Source of the DNA: Candidatus Magasanikbacteria bacterium CG10_big_fil_rev_8_21_14_0_10_36_32
GTDB taxonomy: Bacteria > Patescibacteriota > Patescibacteriia > Magasanikbacterales > GWA2-37-8
Length of the DNA: 63,759 nucleotides
Direction: 5' to 3'
Assembly: GCA_002778465.1 (NCBI GenBank)
Contig: PFBV01000004.1
Location: forward strand, 35,943-99,701
Both the position numbers and the translations under genes were made by a program. Position 1 is the first letter of the stretch. Every line of letters starts with the position of its first letter. Below the pieces are notes generated by a model. That model was not told where the DNA came from, made no database searches, and saw only the letters and a list, made by a program, of their open reading frames with translations. Shown piece by piece: positions 19,545 through 27,891 of the stretch.

Positions 19545-19679
19545 ACAATATAAATAAAATTTTAGTCAAAAAACATTAAAATATCCTGCATTAAGGGTGT
19601 TTTTTTGTAGGTTGTTTAATTGTAAATTATTGCGTTTTCAATTTAGTTATTCATAACTTGAAATTATTAACATTAACTG

Positions 19680-19708
19680 TTGACATATCTATTTAATTTT
19701 GTTATTTT
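19680..19708 (+). promoter_or_regulatory. sigma70-type promoter upstream of the GC-rich island gene
   Basis: TTGACA (19680-85), a 17-nt spacer including TGn, and TATTTT (19703-08), all in host-like AT-rich DNA. A CAGTGG/CCACTG hairpin at 19724-19745 lies in the leader. Confidence 0.45.
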
Positions 19709-19820
19709 AAACATATAAAATAACAGTGGTAAAATGAAGCCACTGATAAATATACAGTTCTTTACAATACAACGAATCTGCCCGAATCAAATATCGGACA
19801 GAAAATAGGAGGTAGTGAGT

Positions 19821-21968
19821 ATGTCTAAAAGCAAGAGTAATTTCATCGATAAGCTTTTGGGTAGTCAGACTCAGGTGGAGTTTTCCGATGAAGAGGAAAA
19901 TCTCCTGAATCTCATCCACGAGCGCGGTGGAAGATGCAACATCAAGGATCTTTCGCATCTCATGGACCAATCGGCAGCTGGAATTGTTGATCTGGCTCAG
20001 CAAGTGTGCGACAAGGGTGTCCGTATTTGGAAAGAGGACGGTGTTCTCTATCTGAGCGGCACTACTATCGAGTGTTTGCCCGAGCATGTTGTCATCAAGG
20101 AAAATAAGATTCGTATCGGCATCCTGGCTGACACGATGCTTGGTTCCAAGTACCAGCAATTGACCGGTCTCTACAGCGCATTTCAGATCGCCGAGCACGA
20201 AGGTGTGGACGTAATGTTCCATGTCGGAGTTTCGGCTGGAAAACCGACTCCGTCGAAGCAGGAGGAATTTTTTCTTTCCACCGCAGCGAAGCAGATCGAT
20301 TACATCGTCGCGAATTATCCGAAGTCGGATAAATTCAAGACGAAATTCGTTTCCGGTTTTCATGATATGCAGTGGAAGAAGGATAATTTGAATATCCTGG
20401 CTGAAGTTTGTTCGCGTCGCGATGATCTCGCTTACCGAGGTGATATTCAGTCTGACGTTTCCATCCGGAGGGGTCAGGCAAAAGATAAGAAGTGGCCCAT
20501 GCTCAAAGTCGTGTATCACGGTGGAGACACGAGCCCTTATTCCAAGTCGTATCCCGTACAGGGTCTCGTGGAGAACCTGATTCAGGATGTTGACGATTTG
20601 GTTGGAGAGAAGACTCCGGATGTCGTAGTGGTGGCAGGTCAGGGCGTTTACCTTGATCTTTCGGGTGGAAAAGTCCGAAACCTCTACGCGGTTCCCGGAA
20701 TGCGTCTTATTTCCCCCTCGATTCTTAGGCGGAAGAACCGCGCGGTTGCTCCGTCTATCGGTTTCGTTATCGTCACGGTGACCTTTGAAAAGGACGGCAC
20801 CTTCGCAGTGAAGGCCAAGTGCTATCCTCTCAAGGGCATCAAGAATGATTACCGCGAGAAGTTTTCCAAGAATCAGGAATTCCTTCGTGGTTTGAATTCT
20901 GACGAGCGTAAGGTTCTCAAGCTTTTGGAAGAGTCGCCCAAGTCAAGCGGTGAGCTTGAACAGGCGATTAATAAAAGTCCCGAGACGATTGATTCTATTA
21001 TTTTCGAACTTCAGAGCAAGGGTTTCATCATCAGTGAAATGAATGCGAGCAAGAATTTCAAGCTCAACTCTGTGTTCAAGAAGAAGTTCAACGTTCCTCC
21101 AATTAATTTTGATGATTACTTTTTCGAGACCGTTCGCGAAGGCGACATTTCGGATACGCACATCGGTAGTAATTCGGAACTCGTTCCGATTCAAGAAGAG
21201 GCATTCGAAATCTTTTCGAAAAGAGGAATCACCGTAGTTAATCACGGCGGAGACGTTTCCAACGGTTCACCGAAGCACGATGAGCATTTCAAGGGCGAGG
21301 TTCGTGAGTTCCGCGCCAGTCCGCTTATCTTTGACATCATCCGTCTCCTTCCGTCTCGCAAAGGCATTCAGATCTGTATGATTGCCGGCGATCACGATAG
21401 GTGGTTCTTGGATACCGTCGGTCTTGACCTTATTGCGCACGTGGCGCAAGCGCGTCCTGATATTAATTATCTTGGTATCCAGGATGGAGAGAGAAGGTCA
21501 AAGCGCATCATTACTCTTCTCAAGCACTTTAACTGGGGTACCGGCTATGCTCGGTCGTACAAACCCCAGCAGGTTATTGAGGACAGTATCCTGAAGGAAA
21601 TCGAGAAGGAGCCGGCAAGGTTCCGCGGTAAGGTTGTGGTTATTCTCTCCGGAGGCGGCCACGTCTACTGCTCGATGCTCTATAAGGGCGTTATCTTCAT
21701 TCTCCTTCCTTGTCTCCAGAGTCGGACCGGATTTATTAACGGACTCGGCAAGATCTCGGATGTGGGTTTCCTTATCCATTCCATAACTTATTCCAAGGAT
21801 GGAACTCTCACGAGATTCGGCACCGAATATTTTGATAGGACGGCGAAGGCTCTCGCGTTTCTTCGGAAGCGCAAGAATCTCCATCGTAATGTCAAAAAGA
21901 GCCGTGCTCGCGGTTACAAACCGCGTACGGTCAAGGCCAAAAGATCCGTTAAGAAGTCCAAGAAGTAA
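19821..21968 (+). CDS. tandem-duplicated [winged-helix + calcineurin-like metallophosphoesterase] protein with basic C-terminal tail; function unknown
   Basis: AGGAGG lies 7 nt upstream of the ATG. C-terminal half has DTH / GGDVSNG / GDHD / KH / GGGH in metallophosphoesterase motif order. N-terminal half aligns to it but reads DTM / VGVSAG / GFHD / GQG. About 50% GC with AAG, ATC, CTC, TTC codon bias. Confidence 0.8.
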   Translation: MSKSKSNFIDKLLGSQTQVEFSDEEENLLNLIHERGGRCNIKDLSHLMDQSAAGIVDLAQQVCDKGVRIWKEDGVLYLSGTTIECLPEHVVIKENKIRIGILADTMLGSKYQQLTGLYSAFQIAEHEGVDVMFHVGVSAGKPTPSKQEEFFLSTAAKQIDYIVANYPKSDKFKTKFVSGFHDMQWKKDNLNILAEVCSRRDDLAYRGDIQSDVSIRRGQAKDKKWPMLKVVYHGGDTSPYSKSYPVQGLVENLIQDVDDLVGEKTPDVVVVAGQGVYLDLSGGKVRNLYAVPGMRLISPSILRRKNRAVAPSIGFVIVTVTFEKDGTFAVKAKCYPLKGIKNDYREKFSKNQEFLRGLNSDERKVLKLLEESPKSSGELEQAINKSPETIDSIIFELQSKGFIISEMNASKNFKLNSVFKKKFNVPPINFDDYFFETVREGDISDTHIGSNSELVPIQEEAFEIFSKRGITVVNHGGDVSNGSPKHDEHFKGEVREFRASPLIFDIIRLLPSRKGIQICMIAGDHDRWFLDTVGLDLIAHVAQARPDINYLGIQDGERRSKRIITLLKHFNWGTGYARSYKPQQVIEDSILKEIEKEPARFRGKVVVILSGGGHVYCSMLYKGVIFILLPCLQSRTGFINGLGKISDVGFLIHSITYSKDGTLTRFGTEYFDRTAKALAFLRKRKNLHRNVKKSRARGYKPRTVKAKRSVKKSKK

Positions 21969-22018
21969 GATTCTATTTTTAGCAGATTCGTTTTGTTCTT
22001 AAGCAGTTCTTAAATCTT

Positions 22019-22048
22019 AACCCCGCAGTAATGCGGGGTTCTTATTTT
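22019..22048. terminator. bidirectional intrinsic terminator (island gene / rnhA)
   Basis: AACCCCGCA (22019-27), loop GTAA, TGCGGGGTT (22032-40). Both flanks are T/A-rich. Confidence 0.75.
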
Positions 22049-22049
22049 A

Positions 22050-22451
22050 TTATTTTTGTTTATCTAATGTTTCGTTTACTAATTTGTCAGCCTCAGTATT
22101 GTTTGCTCGTTCAGTATGTCGATAAGTCACTTTTTTAAATTGGGTGGCGGCGTTATACGCCTGAATGAATAATTTTTGCAGAGTTGGTTCTTTAACTTTG
22201 TATTCTTGTCTCATTTGTTTTACCACCAGTTCACTATCTAAAATACACTCAACTTCATCTGCATTAAATTCTTTGGCTTTTTTAAGTCCGGAAATTAAAG
22301 CTGCATACTCGGCATAATTATTAGTTTGTTCACCTAAATATTCTCCGTAGCCACAAATTATTTTTTGCTTTTCATCTTTAATGATCACTCCAATTGCAGC
22401 TGGTCCGGGATTGCCCCGTGCTCCGCCGTCAGTGTTAATTGTTAAACGCAT
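22050..22451 (-). CDS. rnhA: ribonuclease HI
   Basis: TDGGARGNPGPAA..., NNYAEY.AL, SELVVKQM, N..AD. 133 aa. Confidence 0.85.
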   Translation of the reverse strand: MRLTINTDGGARGNPGPAAIGVIIKDEKQKIICGYGEYLGEQTNNYAEYAALISGLKKAKEFNADEVECILDSELVVKQMRQEYKVKEPTLQKLFIQAYNAATQFKKVTYRHTERANNTEADKLVNETLDKQK

Positions 22452-22472
22452 AACTTTGATTTTTTTAAATGT

Positions 22473-23828
22473 TTAGTAAAATAATTGCCACAATCCTTTT
22501 TGATTATTTATTGTAGCGATAAAATAAAATATTTTTTTCTTAGGATCAGCCACCGCGTCTTTAATTTTATAATTTAATAAATTATGGCTGACTAAATAAT
22601 AAGGAAATAAAATACTGGTTTTGTCTTCCCAAACCAAGGCCAGTGTATTATAACGATCTAGGGGTACTATTTGTTGCAGTTGTTCTCCGGATCGTGTTAA
22701 TAAATACGGTTCTTCGTTTTCACTGTGTGTCCAAATTTCCCACGGTGTCCAAATTAACCACCAGTTATTATAAATAGAAATTGCATTTTGTTCCCCAGAT
22801 ATGTTGAATTTCTTATCCTTTGTCAGAATTACCATTTCTGACATATCGGGTTTTTTTAGTAGAATCCTTTTTTGATTGATTGCGACGAATTTTAATTTTG
22901 TTTCCATTTGAGAGGTAATTTGTTCTTCCCAAAAAATAGAATTAAAACCAAGAGTATCTTCTGTTATTTGAAATTTATTAGTACTAGAAACAATTTGCAT
23001 TGTCCACATTCGTCCATTTTCAGCAATATACCAATCTAAAAAATTATTTTTACCCAAAGTATATTGTTGTCCAAGTCTTGGTAAAATTGTCATTATTTTA
23101 AGTTTGGTGCTGAAAAATAATTCCGGCTCATCTGACTCTTTCCATTGGTATTTTACAATTGGATATCTTGTTTGTTTTACTAAATCCAATATTTTTTCCG
23201 GTTCGTCAACATTGATTATATAGACCAAATTATGCGGCGATTCATCGTCGCTGATAATTAAGAAATAATTAGAAAGATCCCAAACGATTTTTATTGTTTT
23301 TTCTCCCGGTAAATTTAATAACATTTTATTTTCTTGTTTACCCGACAAATCTTTTATATACACTTCTGTTTGTTTATTTTTCCAAACAGAGTAGGCGACA
23401 TAGCGATTATCATAAGACAGACTAAAATTATTTAAATCGGTTTCAAACAAGATGGATGGTTCATTTTTTTTCAATAAAGAGATGCCTTTAATATAGACTG
23501 TTTGTTTTCTTTTTACTTCAATATCTTTTTGCCAATCATAATATCCCGGAGCGGTAATCTTGATGTTATATTTACCAGGTGGACGGTTGTTTAATTTTAT
23601 TGGCATTTTTGATTCAATTAATAGTCCATCAATATAGATAGAAGCGTTATTTGGTAATATATCTATATTGATCGCACCCGTTTCTTTTAACAAGCCATAA
23701 TGCCAATCATAACGATAACCGCTCGTATACAATATTATTATTGGAGAAATCACAAAAAATGAAACCACAAAAATAATCAAAATGATGCGGCGTTTTGATT
23801 TACTTAGCTTGCTTGAGGGATAATCCAT
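22473..23828 (-). CDS. PEGA-domain membrane-anchored protein with C-terminal beta-rich (propeller-like) region
   Basis: N-terminal TM helix. PEGA-like segment INIDILPNNASIYIDG...PGKYNIKITAPGYYDW. Confidence 0.6.
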   Translation of the reverse strand: MDYPSSKLSKSKRRIILIIFVVSFFVISPIIILYTSGYRYDWHYGLLKETGAINIDILPNNASIYIDGLLIESKMPIKLNNRPPGKYNIKITAPGYYDWQKDIEVKRKQTVYIKGISLLKKNEPSILFETDLNNFSLSYDNRYVAYSVWKNKQTEVYIKDLSGKQENKMLLNLPGEKTIKIVWDLSNYFLIISDDESPHNLVYIINVDEPEKILDLVKQTRYPIVKYQWKESDEPELFFSTKLKIMTILPRLGQQYTLGKNNFLDWYIAENGRMWTMQIVSSTNKFQITEDTLGFNSIFWEEQITSQMETKLKFVAINQKRILLKKPDMSEMVILTKDKKFNISGEQNAISIYNNWWLIWTPWEIWTHSENEEPYLLTRSGEQLQQIVPLDRYNTLALVWEDKTSILFPYYLVSHNLLNYKIKDAVADPKKKIFYFIATINNQKGLWQLFY

Positions 23829-23894
23829 AGGTTGATTTTTAGTAATATATGTTGTAAACTATATTATAGTAAAATTAGCCAAGAGTCAAAGTCT

Positions 23895-25208
23895 ATGTCC
23901 TATTTAATTATTAATGGTGGACGAAAATTAAAGGGAAATATTACCAATCAATCAGCCAAAAATTCGGCTGTAGCTTTGTTGTGCGCTTCAGTAATGACAA
24001 AAGGAAAAGTTGTGTTATCAGATGTGCCTCAAATTGAAGAAGTTTTTCGTATTTTGGAATTATTAAAAAGCATTGGTGTTGTTATTAAAAAACTTGGTGA
24101 TAGAAAAATAATGTTGGATTCCTCACAACCTTTGCGGATGAAACAAATTGATAAACATGCTTCCGAAGCAACTCGCTCGTCTTTATTGTTACTTGGCGCT
24201 TTGTCCGCTCGTGAAAAAAAATATAAATTATATAAATCGGGCGGTTGTAAATTAGGTGAGCGCACTGTCCGTCCGCATTTGTATGCTTTGGAAAAGTTTG
24301 GTGTTGAAGTTAAGTCAGGCGACGGATTTTATGAAATTTCCAACAAACCGTTAAAGGCCGCTTATTTGGTAATGTATGAATCTGGTGATACAGCCACAGA
24401 AAATGCTGTTATGGCCGCGGTAATGGCTAAAGGAGTAACTACTATCAAAATGGCCTCAGCCAATTATATGGTGCAGGATCTTTGTTATTTTTTACAAAAA
24501 GCCGGAGCTAAAATTGAAGGTGTTGGTTCAACAACTTTAACCATAACTGGTGTTAAAAAATTGTCTCCAATTAAAGATTATCCGATTATGCCTGATCCGA
24601 TTGTGGCTATGACTTATATTTCCGTTGCTATTACTACCCAGTCTCGTTTAACGGTTAAAAATTGTCCGTTAGAATTTTTAGAATTGGAATTGTGTAAATT
24701 AGAAAAAATGGGCCAAAAATATAAAATTAAAAATAAAAGAAAATCAAAAAATAATAAATTTTCCGTGGCTGATATTGAATTGATTCCCGGTCCGTTATTT
24801 TCTTTGCCGGATAAAATTGATGGACGTCCTTTTCCCGGATTAAATATTGATAACTTACCATTATTTGTTCCCATTTTAACGCAGGCGCAAGGCCGAACCT
24901 TGGTGCATGATTGGGCTTATGAAAACAGAGCGATTTATTATATGGATTTGGTTAAAATGGGAGCCAGAATAACTTTGTTGGATCCGCATCGTGTTTGGGT
25001 GGAAGGTCCAAGTGAAATGATTGCCAAAGAATTGATGACTCCACCGGTTTTGCGTTTGGCGGTGGACATGCTAATTTGTATGCTAGCGGCGAAAGGAAAA
25101 TCAATTTTAAGAAATACTTATGAAATAGACAGAGGTTATGAAGGACTTTATGCTGTTTTAAATAAAGCCGGAGCTGACATTAAATTAATTAAGGAGGATA
25201 AATTATGA
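23895..25208 (+). CDS. murA: UDP-N-acetylglucosamine 1-carboxyvinyltransferase
   Basis: MSYLIINGG.KLKG.I, active-site loop SGGCKLGERTVRPH, C-terminal IDRGYE. The internal ATG at 23895 is preferred. Confidence 0.9.
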   Translation: MSYLIINGGRKLKGNITNQSAKNSAVALLCASVMTKGKVVLSDVPQIEEVFRILELLKSIGVVIKKLGDRKIMLDSSQPLRMKQIDKHASEATRSSLLLLGALSAREKKYKLYKSGGCKLGERTVRPHLYALEKFGVEVKSGDGFYEISNKPLKAAYLVMYESGDTATENAVMAAVMAKGVTTIKMASANYMVQDLCYFLQKAGAKIEGVGSTTLTITGVKKLSPIKDYPIMPDPIVAMTYISVAITTQSRLTVKNCPLEFLELELCKLEKMGQKYKIKNKRKSKNNKFSVADIELIPGPLFSLPDKIDGRPFPGLNIDNLPLFVPILTQAQGRTLVHDWAYENRAIYYMDLVKMGARITLLDPHRVWVEGPSEMIAKELMTPPVLRLAVDMLICMLAAKGKSILRNTYEIDRGYEGLYAVLNKAGADIKLIKEDKL

Positions 25209-26521
25209 TGGAAAATTTTCATCCGATAAAAATAAGAGCGAGTAAATATCTCGGATTATACTTATCAATAACTTTGTTTATTGTGGCTTTTGGTTTAGGA
25301 TTTTTATTTGGTCAAACAATTTATGTAAATAAAAAAGTTTCTAATGATAGTGGTGAAGAGCAAGTTTTAAAAGTGATTAATTTTAATCGCGATATTAGCA
25401 GGATAGAAACAGTTGATTTTGATCAATTTTGGGATGTTTGGGATAGGATAAAATCAAAATATGTCAATAAACCGATTAATGATATAGATTTGTTTTATGG
25501 AGCCATCAGTGGAATGGTCTATGCGCTTAATGATCCTTACTCTTTATTTTTCCCGCCAAAAGCAGCTGAAGAATTTACTAAAGATTTATCAGGTGAACTT
25601 GAAGGTATTGGGGCCGAAATAGGTATAAAGAATAATCAATTGTTGATTGTCGCGCCCCTGGCTGATTCACCCGCTGAAAAAGCAGGGTTGCGGCCGGGTG
25701 ACAAAATTATGGCTGTTGACAAGGAAAGCACTTTTGGTATGGGGGTGAATGAAGCAGTTGGTAAAATTCGGGGACAAGCCGGTACCGAAGTCGTTTTGAC
25801 TATCAGTCGGAACGGCGGATCCACCAAGACTCAGGATATAAAAATTATCAGGGCAAAAATTAATGTTCCATCAGTGACGTTTGAATGGAAATCCGGCAAA
25901 GTGGCTTATTTGAAAATTTTACAGTTTAATGATGATACCCAAAGTTTGTTTAATCGTTATGTAAAACAAATAAAAAACAATGAAGCCAAATCATTAATTT
26001 TGGATTTACGCAGTAATCCGGGCGGTTATTTGGAAGCGGCTGTAGTTATTGCCAGTGAATGGTTGAAAGATGGTGAAGTTGTGGTGAGTGAGAAATCAAA
26101 TGATGTGTTGATTAAACAGCATGAAGCTGACGGTTCTCATCGTTTAGCTGACGTGCCAACGGTAATTTTGGTAAATAGTGGTTCAGCCTCAGCTTCTGAA
26201 ATTGTTTCTGGTGCATTACAAGATTACGGAAAAGCGATTATTATAGGAGAGCGAACTTTTGGTAAGGGTTCGGTACAAGATTTTGAAACATTTATGGATG
26301 GTTCAGCTTTGAAATTAACTGTAGCTGAATGGTATACGCCAGATGGACGAAATATTAATCAAGGAGGTATTTTGCCTGATGTGGAATTTAAAGAAGATTG
26401 GGACAATGAAGATGTTGGGGAAGATACGATGATAGATAAAGCCGTAGAGGTATTAAAATACGGCATACCTCCGCCAGAAGAAATTATTACTACCACTACT
26501 CCGCCCGCTGTTGTTCAATAA
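25205..26521 (+). CDS. S41 C-terminal processing peptidase with PDZ domain (host-like composition)
   Basis: PDZ (GLRPGDKIMAVD), LDLRSNPGGYL, GSASASEI, GERTFGKG. ATGA overlap with the murA stop. Confidence 0.88.
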   Translation: MMENFHPIKIRASKYLGLYLSITLFIVAFGLGFLFGQTIYVNKKVSNDSGEEQVLKVINFNRDISRIETVDFDQFWDVWDRIKSKYVNKPINDIDLFYGAISGMVYALNDPYSLFFPPKAAEEFTKDLSGELEGIGAEIGIKNNQLLIVAPLADSPAEKAGLRPGDKIMAVDKESTFGMGVNEAVGKIRGQAGTEVVLTISRNGGSTKTQDIKIIRAKINVPSVTFEWKSGKVAYLKILQFNDDTQSLFNRYVKQIKNNEAKSLILDLRSNPGGYLEAAVVIASEWLKDGEVVVSEKSNDVLIKQHEADGSHRLADVPTVILVNSGSASASEIVSGALQDYGKAIIIGERTFGKGSVQDFETFMDGSALKLTVAEWYTPDGRNINQGGILPDVEFKEDWDNEDVGEDTMIDKAVEVLKYGIPPPEEIITTTTPPAVVQ

Positions 26522-26535
26522 ATAAAATACAAATT

Positions 26536-26561
26536 AAAATACCCATTTAAATGGGTATTTT
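26536..26561. repeat. perfect 26-nt palindrome AAAATACCCATTTAAATGGGTATTTT (copy A)
   Basis: Identical to 41630-41655. Lies 15 nt after the S41 stop, at the edge of the GC-shifted block. Confidence 0.9.
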
Positions 26562-26565
26562 AATT

Positions 26566-26598
26566 TATAAAATAAAAACCCCGTCAGATGACGGGGTT
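26566..26598 (-). terminator. intrinsic terminator of the minus-strand aminopeptidase gene
   Basis: AACCCCGTC (26577-85) pairs with GACGGGGTT (26590-98). The T-run is on the minus strand only. Confidence 0.75.
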
Positions 26599-26611
26599 AA
26601 AGAACTGTGTT

Positions 26612-27667
26612 TTAATCAATAGCTTTCTTGAGAGCAATCCAAGGGTTTTCATTGTCCCTGGCAATCGCTTTCAATTTTTTAATAAAAGAACGGATGTCGC
26701 CGTTGTATTTGGCAAGCAACGCATCAAACATTTCGCGTGAATTGTTATATGTTCGGTATTGGGATAACCGAGCGTTATTCCACGTTTCACGGCTGACATA
26801 ATTCGCATAACCGAGTTTATTTGTCATATTGGAGTTTAGAATGCGACTTTGCAGTGAAATGATCAGTTGGTTTTTGAGGTTCAATTTTTGTTCGTCGGTG
26901 AATTGTTTGTCACAATAAATAATATTCAGTTCGTTATACAAACCATTTATAATCTGATAAAAAGTTTGTTTATCTTTTCGCTGTTCACGCATTTGGCGAA
27001 GTTCTGTTGAATCAGCGCCATAATGAGCAATCATCCATCTGTCGGAAATTTCTTCTCCAACCACGTTGGCGAATGTTTCGTTAAAATCAGTCTGTCCTTT
27101 TTTCCAGACAGTAGAATGGGCAAGTTCGTGTGAAATTAGTTCGGCCAACCTCCATTCATTATTTTCAAGAATGGCCGGTGTAACTGGATCTTTAAATTTT
27201 CCTCCAGTTGAGTAAGCACCGGCTGTTCTCAGCCAAACATCCCATCCCTCAGCTTCGTATTTATTGACCCAAGGTCGAGCATCTTTCATTCTAAAAAAAC
27301 CCAAGTATGGTATTTTTCCGACAACAGGAAATATCCATGTTTCATTTTGAAACGCCAGCGGTTTGCAGGCGCAAAAAACCAAGATGGTACGATTCCAATT
27401 GACAGTGTACGTACCGTAATTTTTTGTCGGAGATAAACCAAGGTTTTCTCCAAACTTTTTAATTTTCGGCACCATGGCCAAGCGTTCGGCCTGTTCTTGG
27501 GGTAGCAGATTTTGAGCCAGTACTTTGTCAATCGATTGACGGCTGTTCAGCATTTCCATTTGGAAATAAGCTGATTTCGCCGTATAACTGAACATACAAC
27601 CAGATATGAAAACAGAAATCAGTATTAGAAACAAAAAATATTTGGCGCATAGTTTTAACGAACGCAT
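26612..27667 (-). CDS. putative zinc aminopeptidase lipoprotein (PF10023-like)
   Basis: Signal peptide plus lipobox ISGC, HELAHS (HExxH). N-terminal Y..M..L.....I..VL pattern. 25/60 GC in the line at 27001. Confidence 0.6.
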   Translation of the reverse strand: MRSLKLCAKYFLFLILISVFISGCMFSYTAKSAYFQMEMLNSRQSIDKVLAQNLLPQEQAERLAMVPKIKKFGENLGLSPTKNYGTYTVNWNRTILVFCACKPLAFQNETWIFPVVGKIPYLGFFRMKDARPWVNKYEAEGWDVWLRTAGAYSTGGKFKDPVTPAILENNEWRLAELISHELAHSTVWKKGQTDFNETFANVVGEEISDRWMIAHYGADSTELRQMREQRKDKQTFYQIINGLYNELNIIYCDKQFTDEQKLNLKNQLIISLQSRILNSNMTNKLGYANYVSRETWNNARLSQYRTYNNSREMFDALLAKYNGDIRSFIKKLKAIARDNENPWIALKKAID

Positions 27668-27786
27668 TGTTACGGTCCTCCTATCGTTTTTTTAACGATG
27701 TTTGATGTATTGATTGTCAATGAACGGTATTTGTATAATACCAAAAATTACCATTTTGTCAATGTTAAAATCAATAATTTTCCAGG

Positions 27787-27815
27787 TTGACAAATATCGA
27801 AAAATATGCTAAAAA
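27787..27815 (+). promoter_or_regulatory. sigma70-type promoter for the second S41 gene
   Basis: TTGACA (27787-92), 17-nt spacer, TAAAAT (27810-15). Confidence 0.5.
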
Positions 27816-27891
27816 TACCTTAAGTAAATAATAGTTCTTTATACAATTTAAATCCGCAAAACAAAGCAACAAAGTGGTATGGGAGGACAAA

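Noticed and set aside
19707-20519. 270-aa ORF antisense to the start of the GC-rich island gene
   Set aside because: It is a typical shadow ORF of GC-rich coding DNA. It has no RBS, it runs out into the AT-rich promoter region, and the sense ORF spans the whole island with an AGGAGG RBS, recognisable motifs and a terminator.
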